Positions 55,534-64,000 of a stretch of DNA of 64,000 bases are shown one piece after another. Every line of letters starts with the position of its first letter. Position 1 is the first letter of the stretch. Made by a program: the position numbers and the translations under genes. The stretch is from IMG/VR virus record IMGVR_UViG_3300036790_000396, positions 1 to 64,000 of that record; one strand, given 5' to 3'. The notes beneath the pieces were generated by a model. That model was not told the origin of the DNA, searched no databases, and saw only the letters and a list, made by a program, of their open reading frames with translations. The stretch comes from a virus.

Positions 55534-56240
55534 TGCCCGCCCGCAAGCCCCGCGGCAGCGAGGACCAGAAGGCGGACCAGGTTGAGCGCGTCCTGAAGGA
55601 CGCCGAGGGCACCGTCGACGCTCCCGACGGTCCCGTCGAGCCCGACATTGCGCCGGACCGCACCAGGTTCAGCCGGCTGAACTTCTCCCGCATGAAGCTG
55701 GCCTGGAACCCGTCTGAGATGGTGCTGATGCAGCAGATCGGCCTCATGGCCGACCGGGCGCTGAAGGATGCCTTCCCGGACGTGTACTGGTTCCTTGACA
55801 CCGAGCTGTACCCCCTCGTCCGCGAGCCGGCCGTCAATGAGGCAGGGGAGCAGGCCCGGAGCCCTCTCGGGCTCCTGGAGTGGCAGCGCGACGAGCACGG
55901 CCACTACATCGAGCGCTGGGCGCGCATCACCGACGGCGACCGGAGGCAGCTGCTGCACGTGATCACTGTCAGCCTGATCGCCTGGCGCCAGCAGCGCGAC
56001 ATGATGTGGTCCTCGGCGATGTTCGCGAAAGGACAGTGGGAGGAAGTGTATGCGAGGGGATACATAGAGCCAGAAGGAAGCAAGCTCACCATCGACGACC
56101 GCACGAACATGGCGAGAAGCTCCAGCATGGATCAGAGATATTTCGCGATCTTCGAGTCCGTGCTGTCCCGCCGCGCCGACTCTCTCGTGAAGTCAATGGA
56201 GCGTATCGAGGAGATGCTGCTGAAGACGGTGGGCTCGTGA
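55533..56240 (+). CDS. Hypothetical protein
   Basis: TGATG coupling; helical; high GC3. Confidence 0.7.
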   Translation: MPARKPRGSEDQKADQVERVLKDAEGTVDAPDGPVEPDIAPDRTRFSRLNFSRMKLAWNPSEMVLMQQIGLMADRALKDAFPDVYWFLDTELYPLVREPAVNEAGEQARSPLGLLEWQRDEHGHYIERWARITDGDRRQLLHVITVSLIAWRQQRDMMWSSAMFAKGQWEEVYARGYIEPEGSKLTIDDRTNMARSSSMDQRYFAIFESVLSRRADSLVKSMERIEEMLLKTVGS

Positions 56241-56536
56241 GGGATCCCGAATGGATGATCATCGGCATCCGCGACACTCTTCCTGACGGCACGGAGAGGG
56301 TGATGCTGACCGCCAGTTCCTCAGTGCGGCAGTTCGAGATGAAAACCAGCCTGGGAATGATCTCCTCGGCCTTCGGCTCGGCCTGGAGCTTCTCCTGCAT
56401 GCTGGGCGATTTCACGGTCGCGTACGGTAATGATTACGCCGAGGCACTGTCGAGGCTGTTCGGCACCTGGCAGCCTCCGGAGGCTTCCCCGGACGTGAAA
56501 GGGATCACTCAGGGTCCCGGAGAGCTTCCCGCATAA
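56237..56536 (+). CDS. Hypothetical protein
   Basis: GTGA overlap with the previous gene. Confidence 0.55.
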   Translation: MRDPEWMIIGIRDTLPDGTERVMLTASSSVRQFEMKTSLGMISSAFGSAWSFSCMLGDFTVAYGNDYAEALSRLFGTWQPPEASPDVKGITQGPGELPA

Positions 56537-56645
56537 GCTGCTATCTGCGGATAAATATCCTTGCCTGCGGCGACACGCGGTGCCGTTTTACGGTCCCCGT
56601 CTATGCTCATCCTTCCGAGGTGTTGCATACTCATGACAATGAATC

Positions 56646-57023
56646 ATGTCAGGAGGCCCCAGGTTGACCGATCCCGCTTACCTCGGCAGCATGCTCGCGC
56701 ACCTGCAGGACTTCCGCGTGCTGCACGAGACTGAGGGGATCAGTTTCCTCACCGGCCCGGGGGGAGAGACGTGGTCGCTCGCGGACATGGACCGCCTCGC
56801 CGCCCTGGCACCGCTGTTCCTGCCGGCGTGCCAGGCCGGGGCGGTCGAGGCGGCTATTGCGGGCCTGGACCCGCTGCCGTGCCTGCCGTCCGCGGTTTCC
56901 TCCCTCTCTCGCCTGTATGACATGGAGGGAATATGGAGGGAGACTCATGGGCCTGTACGAGATATCACCGGAGTTCGATGGCAGCCTGATCCCTGTCCCG
57001 GTCATCAAAGCGAGGCTGCGTAA
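56646..57023 (+). CDS. Hypothetical protein
   Basis: ORF after an intergenic gap; overlaps the next gene's start. Confidence 0.5.
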   Translation: MSGGPRLTDPAYLGSMLAHLQDFRVLHETEGISFLTGPGGETWSLADMDRLAALAPLFLPACQAGAVEAAIAGLDPLPCLPSAVSSLSRLYDMEGIWRETHGPVRDITGVRWQPDPCPGHQSEAA

Positions 57024-57330
57024 CGGCACCTGCCGTGCCCTCGAAGACGCCGCTGACGAGTGGCTTTTCGGCTCCCTGAAGGGCGTCACCTCCCGCTCGG
57101 CCAAGGCTGACATCCTCACGCCCTGGAAGGCCGAGGACCGCGAGAAGCGCGAGATCCTCACCGGCACCGGCTACGCCGACCCTGCCGTGCGCCGCGGCAT
57201 GTACCACCGGGCCTGGAACAGCCGCCATGCCCACCTCAACAGCCGCGACGGCCACTACCCGTCGCGCCGCATTCCCGACTCGCCGGACTTCGCCTCCTCG
57301 GACGGCGATTACGACGCGCTAGCCGAATGA
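56947..57330 (+). CDS. Hypothetical protein
   Basis: ATG after GGAGGGAG. Confidence 0.65.
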   Translation: MGLYEISPEFDGSLIPVPVIKARLRNGTCRALEDAADEWLFGSLKGVTSRSAKADILTPWKAEDREKREILTGTGYADPAVRRGMYHRAWNSRHAHLNSRDGHYPSRRIPDSPDFASSDGDYDALAE

Positions 57331-57953
57331 CCCGCACCGTTCCCGTCATGATCGACGGCGTCGAGCACCAGAAAGAGCACGACGACGCGTGCCCGGTGTG
57401 CGTCCATCCCCTGGGATTCCGCTCCGAGGGGCTCATCGCCCGGGGCCAGTCTTACGCGAAGGTCAGCGAGTTCACCCGCGAGTCCGGCGAGAGAGTCCTC
57501 ACGCCGTCCCAGCTCCGCGCGCACCTGCCGCACATGGTGGCGTTCCAGCGCATCGAGCGCGAGGCCCTCGACGCCGCCTCCGGCAGCCTCAACGACGAGC
57601 GCGGCTCCCTCGTCACGCCGGCCCAGCTGACGCGCCTGGCGCTGCAGAAGGCGTACGAGCGCCTCGCTGACGGCGCCGAGGTGCAGGTCCGCGACATCAC
57701 GGCGCTGCTGCGGCTGGAGCAGCAGGCCCAGGCCGGCGAGTCGGATGCCCGTGCCACGTCCCTGCAGTGGGAGTCTGCCGTCCGCGAGCTGATGTGGATC
57801 GTGCACCGGCACCTGCGCGGGGGCGCCTGGGGCGCGTTCATCGCCGACGTGAAGAACAGCGAGACCCTCAATGCCCTGATGCCCCAGTCCCCGGAAGGAG
57901 AGAAGTCTTCTCCGGCCGAAGGGAACGCGAGTGGCAGTCCAGCAGGAGCCTGA
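57327..57953 (+). CDS. Terminase small subunit candidate
   Basis: CPVCVHP plus HTH-like segment then helices; two genes upstream of TerL. Confidence 0.5.
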   Translation: MTRTVPVMIDGVEHQKEHDDACPVCVHPLGFRSEGLIARGQSYAKVSEFTRESGERVLTPSQLRAHLPHMVAFQRIEREALDAASGSLNDERGSLVTPAQLTRLALQKAYERLADGAEVQVRDITALLRLEQQAQAGESDARATSLQWESAVRELMWIVHRHLRGGAWGAFIADVKNSETLNALMPQSPEGEKSSPAEGNASGSPAGA

Positions 57954-58347
57954 TCTTTTCAACCTGCTCGATTCGGAGGTTGACCAGATCCACATGGTGC
58001 TCGATGCGATGCGCCGCAAGTACGAGGGATCGGCGCATAACTACGAGACGTTCAGCCGCGAGGCGGAAGACCGGTTCGGGAAGCTCGGCTTCACCGTCAG
58101 CGTGAAGTGGTACGAGTACTCCGTGGAGGGCGCGAGGCAGGAGGGCGCCATGCCGGAGATCGAGATCACCGGCCGCACCGCCCCGAAGGCATTCGACCAC
58201 GACCAGATGGTGCACGAGGTCACGAATGACATCCTCGGCCTGGGTGACAAGGGCGTGATCACGACCGACCGCGACACCCTGAAGAACTTCCTGGGCAGCG
58301 GCCAGGGCAGCCACTCCCACGGCGACGGACACGCCCACTCCCACTAG
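57931..58347 (+). CDS. Hypothetical protein
   Basis: High GC3; preceded by CCCCGGAAG at 57889. Confidence 0.7.
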   Translation: MAVQQEPDLFNLLDSEVDQIHMVLDAMRRKYEGSAHNYETFSREAEDRFGKLGFTVSVKWYEYSVEGARQEGAMPEIEITGRTAPKAFDHDQMVHEVTNDILGLGDKGVITTDRDTLKNFLGSGQGSHSHGDGHAHSH

Positions 58348-58349
58348 CG

Positions 58350-61300
58350 ATGACCTCCGGCTTCTGGGACATCGTGCAGGAGGCCGACGGCCTGCCGATC
58401 CCCGACATCATCACCTTCACCACCGGGCCGCAGTGGCTCGCGCGCCCGAACCTGTACCCGCGGCAGGCCACCCTGCTGAAGGTGATCTTCCTCCGCTCGG
58501 ACCTGTTCACCGACTATGACCGCCAGGTCATCGGCGAGTGGATCGCCGCGTTCGGGGCCACCAACCCCAACGCGGGCGGCGACAACAAGTTCGAGGCGCA
58601 CACCAACGGAATCCAGCCTGACATCTACGAGCGCATCGAGTGGCTGCGCGCTCACGGCTACCGCTGGTTCAAGGAAGTCATTCTCGCGATCGGCCGCCGC
58701 GGGTCGAAGGGCTATACCTGCGCGATTGCCATGGCCTACGTGCTGTACCACTACCTGGCCAAGGGCAACCCGCAGGACTACTACGGGATCATGGACGACA
58801 AGGTCATCCAGGCGCTGATCTTCGCCGGAAAGAAAGACCAGGCCAAGGCCAACCTGTGGGGCGACCTCAACAATGTCATCACCGCGGCGCCGTGCTTCAC
58901 CGATTACATCTCGACTCCCCAGGCCGAGTCGCTGACCGTGTTCGCCCCGCATGACTTCGCCCGGATCGAGGCGATGGCCGCCCGCGGCATCCGGTCGACG
59001 AAGGACATGGCCAGCTTCGCCGTGCTGCCCAAGGAGTCCACGCTCCTGTCGAGCCGCGGCCCGACCACCGCGATCCTCGGTTTCGACGAGGCCGCGCACG
59101 TCAAGAACTCCGGCACGTCCCGCTCGTTCGGCGACGTCTACAACGCCGCCACCCCGAGCCTCGACCAGTTCGGCGCCGACGCCTTCATCTGCATCCCGTC
59201 CTCCACCTGGGAGATGACGGGCATGTTCTACGAGCTGTGGGTCCAGTCCCTGTCGGCCGAGCCCGACGCCTCGGGCGCGATGCATGGCATCTACGCCAAC
59301 AAGCTCATGGTCCAGCTGGAGTCCTGGGCGCCGTACATCGACTGGGAGCGCGCCCCGGAGCTGCCGCTGTTCCCGCCGGATTTCAGGGGGGACCTCGGCG
59401 AGTACTCCGACGGCAACCTCCCCCGCCTGCGGGAGATGCGCGGCCCGATCCAGTCCTATGACGATGAAATGCGCCGTCTTGAGCGTGCTAATCCCGATAT
59501 GTTCGCAGTCGAGCGCCGATCTCACTGGGCGACCAGCCTCGACGCCTACCTGAACCCGACGAAGGTCGACGAGATCTTCCATCCCTGGGCGGAGCGCAGC
59601 CCCCGGTTCGGCCCTCCGGAGATCAGCGCCCAGCAGCGCGGCATCATGACCATGAGCTACCGCGCCCACGGGGATCCGAGTAATGTCGGAGCGCGCTTCG
59701 GATTTGCAATTGCCCATAAAGAGCCTGATGATAGCGGGATGCAGCATTGCCTGGGCGCTGAGACGCGCTACCTCACTGACAAAGGAGTCAGGACCCTCGG
59801 AGAGACGGCAGGGACGGTGCAGAATGTTCTCACCTCTGATCATGAGGGAGGATTTACCGGAAAATGGGTTAAAGCAGAAATAAAGTCATTCGGGGTACAG
59901 AAGCTTTACAAGGTTACTCTGCAGCGCAACAAGAAAGAAAAGGTAATATACGCCACTGAGGGTCACCGGTGGATCGGGAGGACTGCCGGGCGTCCTGCTT
60001 CAGTGAGAAGTACTTCTGGCCTGAAGAGAAGCTCCCCGTTCTCCCTGACCGCTACTTTCACGCCCGGATGTGATGCCGGACTGACTCCGGATGAGGCCGG
60101 GATACGGCACGGAATGATGACCGGGGACGGAACCGTCTACGATGGTTACGGAGTGCTGCGGCTATTCGGTAAGAAAATAGAGCTTTCCAGGTATTTCGAG
60201 GATCTTGCGGGATATAAGCCCCGCTACTCATCTCTTCCCAGCGGATGCCCCGCCCTGTTCATGAACGGGATCGGCCGCCTCCTGACGAGAAAGAGCCCTC
60301 CCTTGCAGGAGGAAAGCGACGAGTATCTCCTCGGATGGCTATGCGGCTACTTCGCTACAGACGGGAACATTAACGAGCAGGGACAGGCGAGGATCTCATG
60401 CGCTGACAGGAACATCCTGGAAGAAACTCGCAGCATCGCGCAGCGCATAGGAATATCCTGCTACGGAATATCCGAAACAGTACGGCGGGGACTCGGGAAA
60501 GAAAATACCTCTCTTTACACGATTGAATTTATCGTCCCGACTCTTCCGGGAGCATCGTTCTTCATAAGATCGGATCAGAGAGAACGTTATGAGGCCGCCT
60601 GGGTAGAGAAGAAAAAGAAATTCCTCCAGGTTTCCTGGCGAGTGCGCTCCGTGGAGCCCACGGACCGTTGCGAGGAGGTATTCTGCGCCGTCGTGCCGGG
60701 AACGCAGGCATTCGTGCTGGAAGACAACGTGCTCACGGGAAACTGCGTTTTCGACCTAGTTAAATACTGGGACCCGGCCGACTACGAAGATCACTTCATC
60801 GACTATGACGAGGTAACCGACTGGATATTCACTAACGGAGTGAAGCCGTTCTGTCCTTCGCTCCTGACGTTCGACCAGTTCAATGTTCCGGCTACGGTCC
60901 GCGTGCTGCAGAAGAAAGTGCGGCAGGAGCGCCTGCCGAAGCAGGTAATGGTCGACGAGCGCGTCGCCACGCGGGATAACAGCTGGCGTGCCTACGAGAC
61001 GTTCAAGGGCGCCGTGAACATGGGATTCGTGCACGCGCCCTTCCATGAGGAAGCGCGTGACGAGCTGAAGTTCCTGCAGAAGAAAGCGGGAGCGCCGGTC
61101 GTAATACCGCCTGATTCCGGCCCTGTCGTGACAAAAGACATAGCCGACTGCATGGCCATCATCGTCTACGAGCTGATCGGCGACCAGATGGCCATGCTGG
61201 ACGACACCCTGGGCGGCATGCTCCCGGTCGGCGCGATGCACACGTCCGATACGGACCCCATGAACCGCTTCGATCCCGGCATGTCCGCTGCCAACCCTTA

Positions 61301-61448
61301 TGCTAACTCGCTCGGAGGGATGGCGCTGTCCCGCGGCGGCAGGCCGGGCCCCCAGGGGCAGTTCCGTCCCGGCACCGTCGGCACCCGCAGCTCCCAGTCC
61401 CGGATGCCGGGCCGCTCCGGCGCGTCGTTCCGCCGGGGGCGCTCGTAG
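58350..61448 (+). CDS. terL: Terminase large subunit (intein-containing)
   Basis: LYPRQ, IGRRGSKG (Walker A), GFDEAAH (Walker B), HGDPS, TFDQFN, TKDIAD. Confidence 0.9.
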   Translation: MTSGFWDIVQEADGLPIPDIITFTTGPQWLARPNLYPRQATLLKVIFLRSDLFTDYDRQVIGEWIAAFGATNPNAGGDNKFEAHTNGIQPDIYERIEWLRAHGYRWFKEVILAIGRRGSKGYTCAIAMAYVLYHYLAKGNPQDYYGIMDDKVIQALIFAGKKDQAKANLWGDLNNVITAAPCFTDYISTPQAESLTVFAPHDFARIEAMAARGIRSTKDMASFAVLPKESTLLSSRGPTTAILGFDEAAHVKNSGTSRSFGDVYNAATPSLDQFGADAFICIPSSTWEMTGMFYELWVQSLSAEPDASGAMHGIYANKLMVQLESWAPYIDWERAPELPLFPPDFRGDLGEYSDGNLPRLREMRGPIQSYDDEMRRLERANPDMFAVERRSHWATSLDAYLNPTKVDEIFHPWAERSPRFGPPEISAQQRGIMTMSYRAHGDPSNVGARFGFAIAHKEPDDSGMQHCLGAETRYLTDKGVRTLGETAGTVQNVLTSDHEGGFTGKWVKAEIKSFGVQKLYKVTLQRNKKEKVIYATEGHRWIGRTAGRPASVRSTSGLKRSSPFSLTATFTPGCDAGLTPDEAGIRHGMMTGDGTVYDGYGVLRLFGKKIELSRYFEDLAGYKPRYSSLPSGCPALFMNGIGRLLTRKSPPLQEESDEYLLGWLCGYFATDGNINEQGQARISCADRNILEETRSIAQRIGISCYGISETVRRGLGKENTSLYTIEFIVPTLPGASFFIRSDQRERYEAAWVEKKKKFLQVSWRVRSVEPTDRCEEVFCAVVPGTQAFVLEDNVLTGNCVFDLVKYWDPADYEDHFIDYDEVTDWIFTNGVKPFCPSLLTFDQFNVPATVRVLQKKVRQERLPKQVMVDERVATRDNSWRAYETFKGAVNMGFVHAPFHEEARDELKFLQKKAGAPVVIPPDSGPVVTKDIADCMAIIVYELIGDQMAMLDDTLGGMLPVGAMHTSDTDPMNRFDPGMSAANPYANSLGGMALSRGGRPGPQGQFRPGTVGTRSSQSRMPGRSGASFRRGRS
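59748..60743 (+). mobile_element. Intein in the TerL nuclease domain (332 aa, LAGLIDADG, ends Gly-Asn)
   Basis: MQH|CLGAETRYLT...ATEGHRW...WLCGYFATDG...VFCAVV...NVLTGN|CVFD. Confidence 0.92.
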
Positions 61449-61526
61449 CCCGGGAAGCAGCAGAGCCCGATCTGTTATTATCAAAAGATGTAGGGAAGGC
61501 TCTGCTGCGGGAGGAAGGAGACGACA

Positions 61527-61724
61527 ATGACCGCAGGAAGAATGATCTGCGCGGCGTGCCGCCACCCCAAGCCGCTCCACGGCAACGGGAAGACGGCATG
61601 CTCTGCCAAGGGCTGCCATTCCGGCCCGGAGGGGGCACCCTGCGCCGGCTTCGTGACCTCGATCCAGGAAGTGCCCGACGTGCCCCCGGTCATGTTCCAG
61701 CCGGCGCTCCCGCGGGCAGTCTGA
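61527..61724 (+). CDS. Small Cys/His-rich protein
   Basis: CAACRH...H...C...C...CAGF; AAGGAG RBS. Confidence 0.7.
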   Translation: MTAGRMICAACRHPKPLHGNGKTACSAKGCHSGPEGAPCAGFVTSIQEVPDVPPVMFQPALPRAV

Positions 61725-61855
61725 CTTTCCCCTCACGGGCAGCCTGCCATCCGCAGGCGAGGGCGGCGCGGTGACCCGGGGCGACGCGGATTCCGCATGC
61801 GCCGGTCATGCCGAGGTCCCGGGTCCTGCGCCCCCGGAAGCTGCAGGAGGCACTG

Positions 61856-64000
61856 GTGACGACTGACATTCTCGCCCACTTCGAGGACGAGGGCGTGCGC
61901 AAGGCGGGGGGGCGTCCGCTGCAGCCGCTGCCCGTGGAGGACGGCCTGTACTACCGGGCTCACCATAAGGACGCGCCGTTCGGCCGCGAGCACGCCAGCA
62001 CGCAGAACATCGGCGAGCCGCCGTCCCCTGAGATGGCGAAGTACTGGGAACCGAAGCCGGGATACTCGGCCTTCTGGCATCCGCACCACCTGCGCCAGTA
62101 TCTCGATGAGATGGGCTGGTCAGATGCTGACGACATGAAAGGTCGGCGCGTGCTGATGTTCCGCGGTGCCCCGGTCGGTGAGGGCGCGGACGGAGAGCCG
62201 CGCGTGGTGCCGCATGCCGACAAGCCGGAAGCGTCGATGTCCCCGGGCCAGTTCCGCAGGCGGCTGGAGATCACGCCCGAGCCGGGCACGCGCTGGGACG
62301 ATCACACCTGGGGTCAGGGACCGTCCGGCCAGGTGGCAGATGACGGGTACCGCACTATCCTCGGGGCTGCCCGGCCCGGGCGCGGCCAGGAGACCTGCGG
62401 CTGCTGCCAGGGAAACGGCGAGCACCCTGACGGCACGGAATGCGACCGCTGCGACGGCTTCGGCCTGATGCACCGCGGCGACGACGCTCCGTACTGCCCC
62501 GGGCAGCCGCAGCCCCGCCGCCGGCACTGGCGCGAGGGTGCTGTCATCCCCGAGCCGAAGTGGGATCCGGAGCGCTATGAGAATGAGGGCCGCTCCTACT
62601 CCTCAGAGATGCTCGACAAGGGACACGAGTGGAAGCGCCAGGTCCGCAGGTCCCTCTCCCTGGGCACCATGACCAATGACGAGGCCCGCGAGTCCGGGTA
62701 TCACGGCCAGGGCCATGACCAGGGTGACGACGGGAGCGCGCGCCTGTCCTGGGAGCCGCTGCCGCAGCGCCTCTATCACGTCACCACTGACCTCGCCGGA
62801 GTCCGCGAGCACGGCCTGAAATCCCGCGACGAGCTGGGCCAGCAGCGCGGCGGCGGCCACGGCCTGGGCGGCGGGGAGGACGACACGATCTCCTTCACCG
62901 GTGATCCCGGCACCGCCCGCGGCATCCTGTCGTCCCTGCACGAGTTTCACCGCGCCCTCACCGGCCGCCTGTCCCCGCAGGCGATGTGGGACATGGCCCG
63001 CTCCGGCACCGGCGCCGCCCGTCCCTACCACGAGGGCATCGCGGAGAACTACCGGAGCGGGTGGAAGGACGGTGACCCGCTGCCCCTTCGCCTGCGCCAC
63101 GTCCTGAACGGGCGGGAGGGGGAACGCGAGCTGGCCACCCGCGAGGACATGGAACGCAGGAAAGGTCCCGGCTGGGAGCCCGAGGGCGAGCCCCTCATCG
63201 GAGATCACATGTTCAGCGAATGGTCCCGTCCCGCCTCGGAGGACTCCCGGCGCGAGTCAGCCGCCAGCCTCTACAAGGCATTCGCCTTCCACCGGATGCA
63301 CGCCGGCGGCCGGGAGGACCCGCTGTTCTTCGCGACGGACACGAAGTCGCTCGCGCGCAAGGATCCCCGCAACTTCGCCATCGTCCACGCCTCCCCCCGC
63401 CCCGGGGCCCGCGGCTACCGGGTCCACTCCCTGGGCGAGTGGCGCACCGCGGCCGGCGACGCCGTCAGCGTCCACCACTACGAGCGCCTGCGCGACAAGG
63501 GACAGCAGCGCGAGGCCGTTCGCGTCTCGGACGCTCCTCCTCCCGACCACGCGGAGTACTGCGGCCCCGGGGCGCGCACCGTCTGGCTGCACGAGGACGA
63601 CCGTGACCCGCGCTGCTCCGAGTGCGGCCACCGCGTCGCGGATCCCGCCACCGGGAAGCCGCCCGCCCGGACCCGCGAGCGTCCCCCTCGCCAGTGGGGT
63701 GCCGAGGTCGTCAACCGGCAGCGGGCGAAGCGCGCCCAGGGAGCACGCGGTCACTGGTCCCCGATGGACTGGGCAGCGGAGAACCCGCACCGGGCGGTCA
63801 CCCGCATCGCCCAGGACTCCCTCGCGGAGCAGTACCCGGACCTGGCCCGCACCATGCAGCTCCCGGACGAGCATGACATCTACCAGGAGAGCATGGAGGG
63901 GAACAGGCTGCTGCGCCGCATGCTCGGCCGCAACGGCTACCCGCAGCGGGAGGCTGCCCGGGCATTCGTCATGCCGCATGACCACCCGGAGGCCGGCGTC
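61856..64000 (+). CDS. Large multi-domain protein with ADP-ribosyltransferase-like and Zn-finger domains, runs off window end
   Basis: Not in the ORF track (no stop). GTG after AGGAGG and CCCCGGAAG; frame open for 715 codons; YYRAH...GYSAF...DGEP; CGCCQGNG...CDRCDG; LYHVTT...EHGLKS...ISFT...GEW. Confidence 0.8.
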   Translation, partial: MTTDILAHFEDEGVRKAGGRPLQPLPVEDGLYYRAHHKDAPFGREHASTQNIGEPPSPEMAKYWEPKPGYSAFWHPHHLRQYLDEMGWSDADDMKGRRVLMFRGAPVGEGADGEPRVVPHADKPEASMSPGQFRRRLEITPEPGTRWDDHTWGQGPSGQVADDGYRTILGAARPGRGQETCGCCQGNGEHPDGTECDRCDGFGLMHRGDDAPYCPGQPQPRRRHWREGAVIPEPKWDPERYENEGRSYSSEMLDKGHEWKRQVRRSLSLGTMTNDEARESGYHGQGHDQGDDGSARLSWEPLPQRLYHVTTDLAGVREHGLKSRDELGQQRGGGHGLGGGEDDTISFTGDPGTARGILSSLHEFHRALTGRLSPQAMWDMARSGTGAARPYHEGIAENYRSGWKDGDPLPLRLRHVLNGREGERELATREDMERRKGPGWEPEGEPLIGDHMFSEWSRPASEDSRRESAASLYKAFAFHRMHAGGREDPLFFATDTKSLARKDPRNFAIVHASPRPGARGYRVHSLGEWRTAAGDAVSVHHYERLRDKGQQREAVRVSDAPPPDHAEYCGPGARTVWLHEDDRDPRCSECGHRVADPATGKPPARTRERPPRQWGAEVVNRQRAKRAQGARGHWSPMDWAAENPHRAVTRIAQDSLAEQYPDLARTMQLPDEHDIYQESMEGNRLLRRMLGRNGYPQREAARAFVMPHDHPEAGV

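Overview
A 64-kb slice of a large, high-GC actinobacterial myovirus genome. The gene content is reminiscent of Bxz1/cluster-C-like contractile-tailed actinophages; the host is inferred from GC content and genes only. About 0.4-32.3 kb is virion morphogenesis: tail fibre, neck proteins, sheath, tube, frameshifted tail chaperone, tape measure, baseplate hub with lysozyme-like and NlpC/P60 domains, gp25-like protein, baseplate J and tailspikes. It is interrupted by three HNH endonuclease genes, a LysM-Rpf gene, a tRNA(CAT) and an unidentified structured RNA. About 32.4-56.5 kb is replication and recombination: DinG, SNF2 helicase, 5'-3' exonuclease, primase-helicase followed by a symmetric iteron origin, SSB, DnaE, RecA and three nucleases, plus a candidate endolysin. 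About 57-64 kb holds the terminase and a large multi-domain protein with ADP-ribosyltransferase-like domains that runs off the window. DnaE, RecA and TerL each carry an intein. Main observations: (1) two HNH-AP2 cassettes share a 66-nt promoter/hairpin leader, and one appears to have split its target gene and supplied an AT-rich replacement 5' end; AT-rich recoded patches recur in many core genes. (2) A putative phage late promoter, CCCCGGAAG, precedes many structural genes, with a perfect divergent palindromic pair. (3) A second AT-rich operator-like motif with core TTATTG. (4) An 8-bp insertion frameshifts the tail tube gene. (5) Several candidate structured RNAs. All annotations are by eye; no database searches were run.
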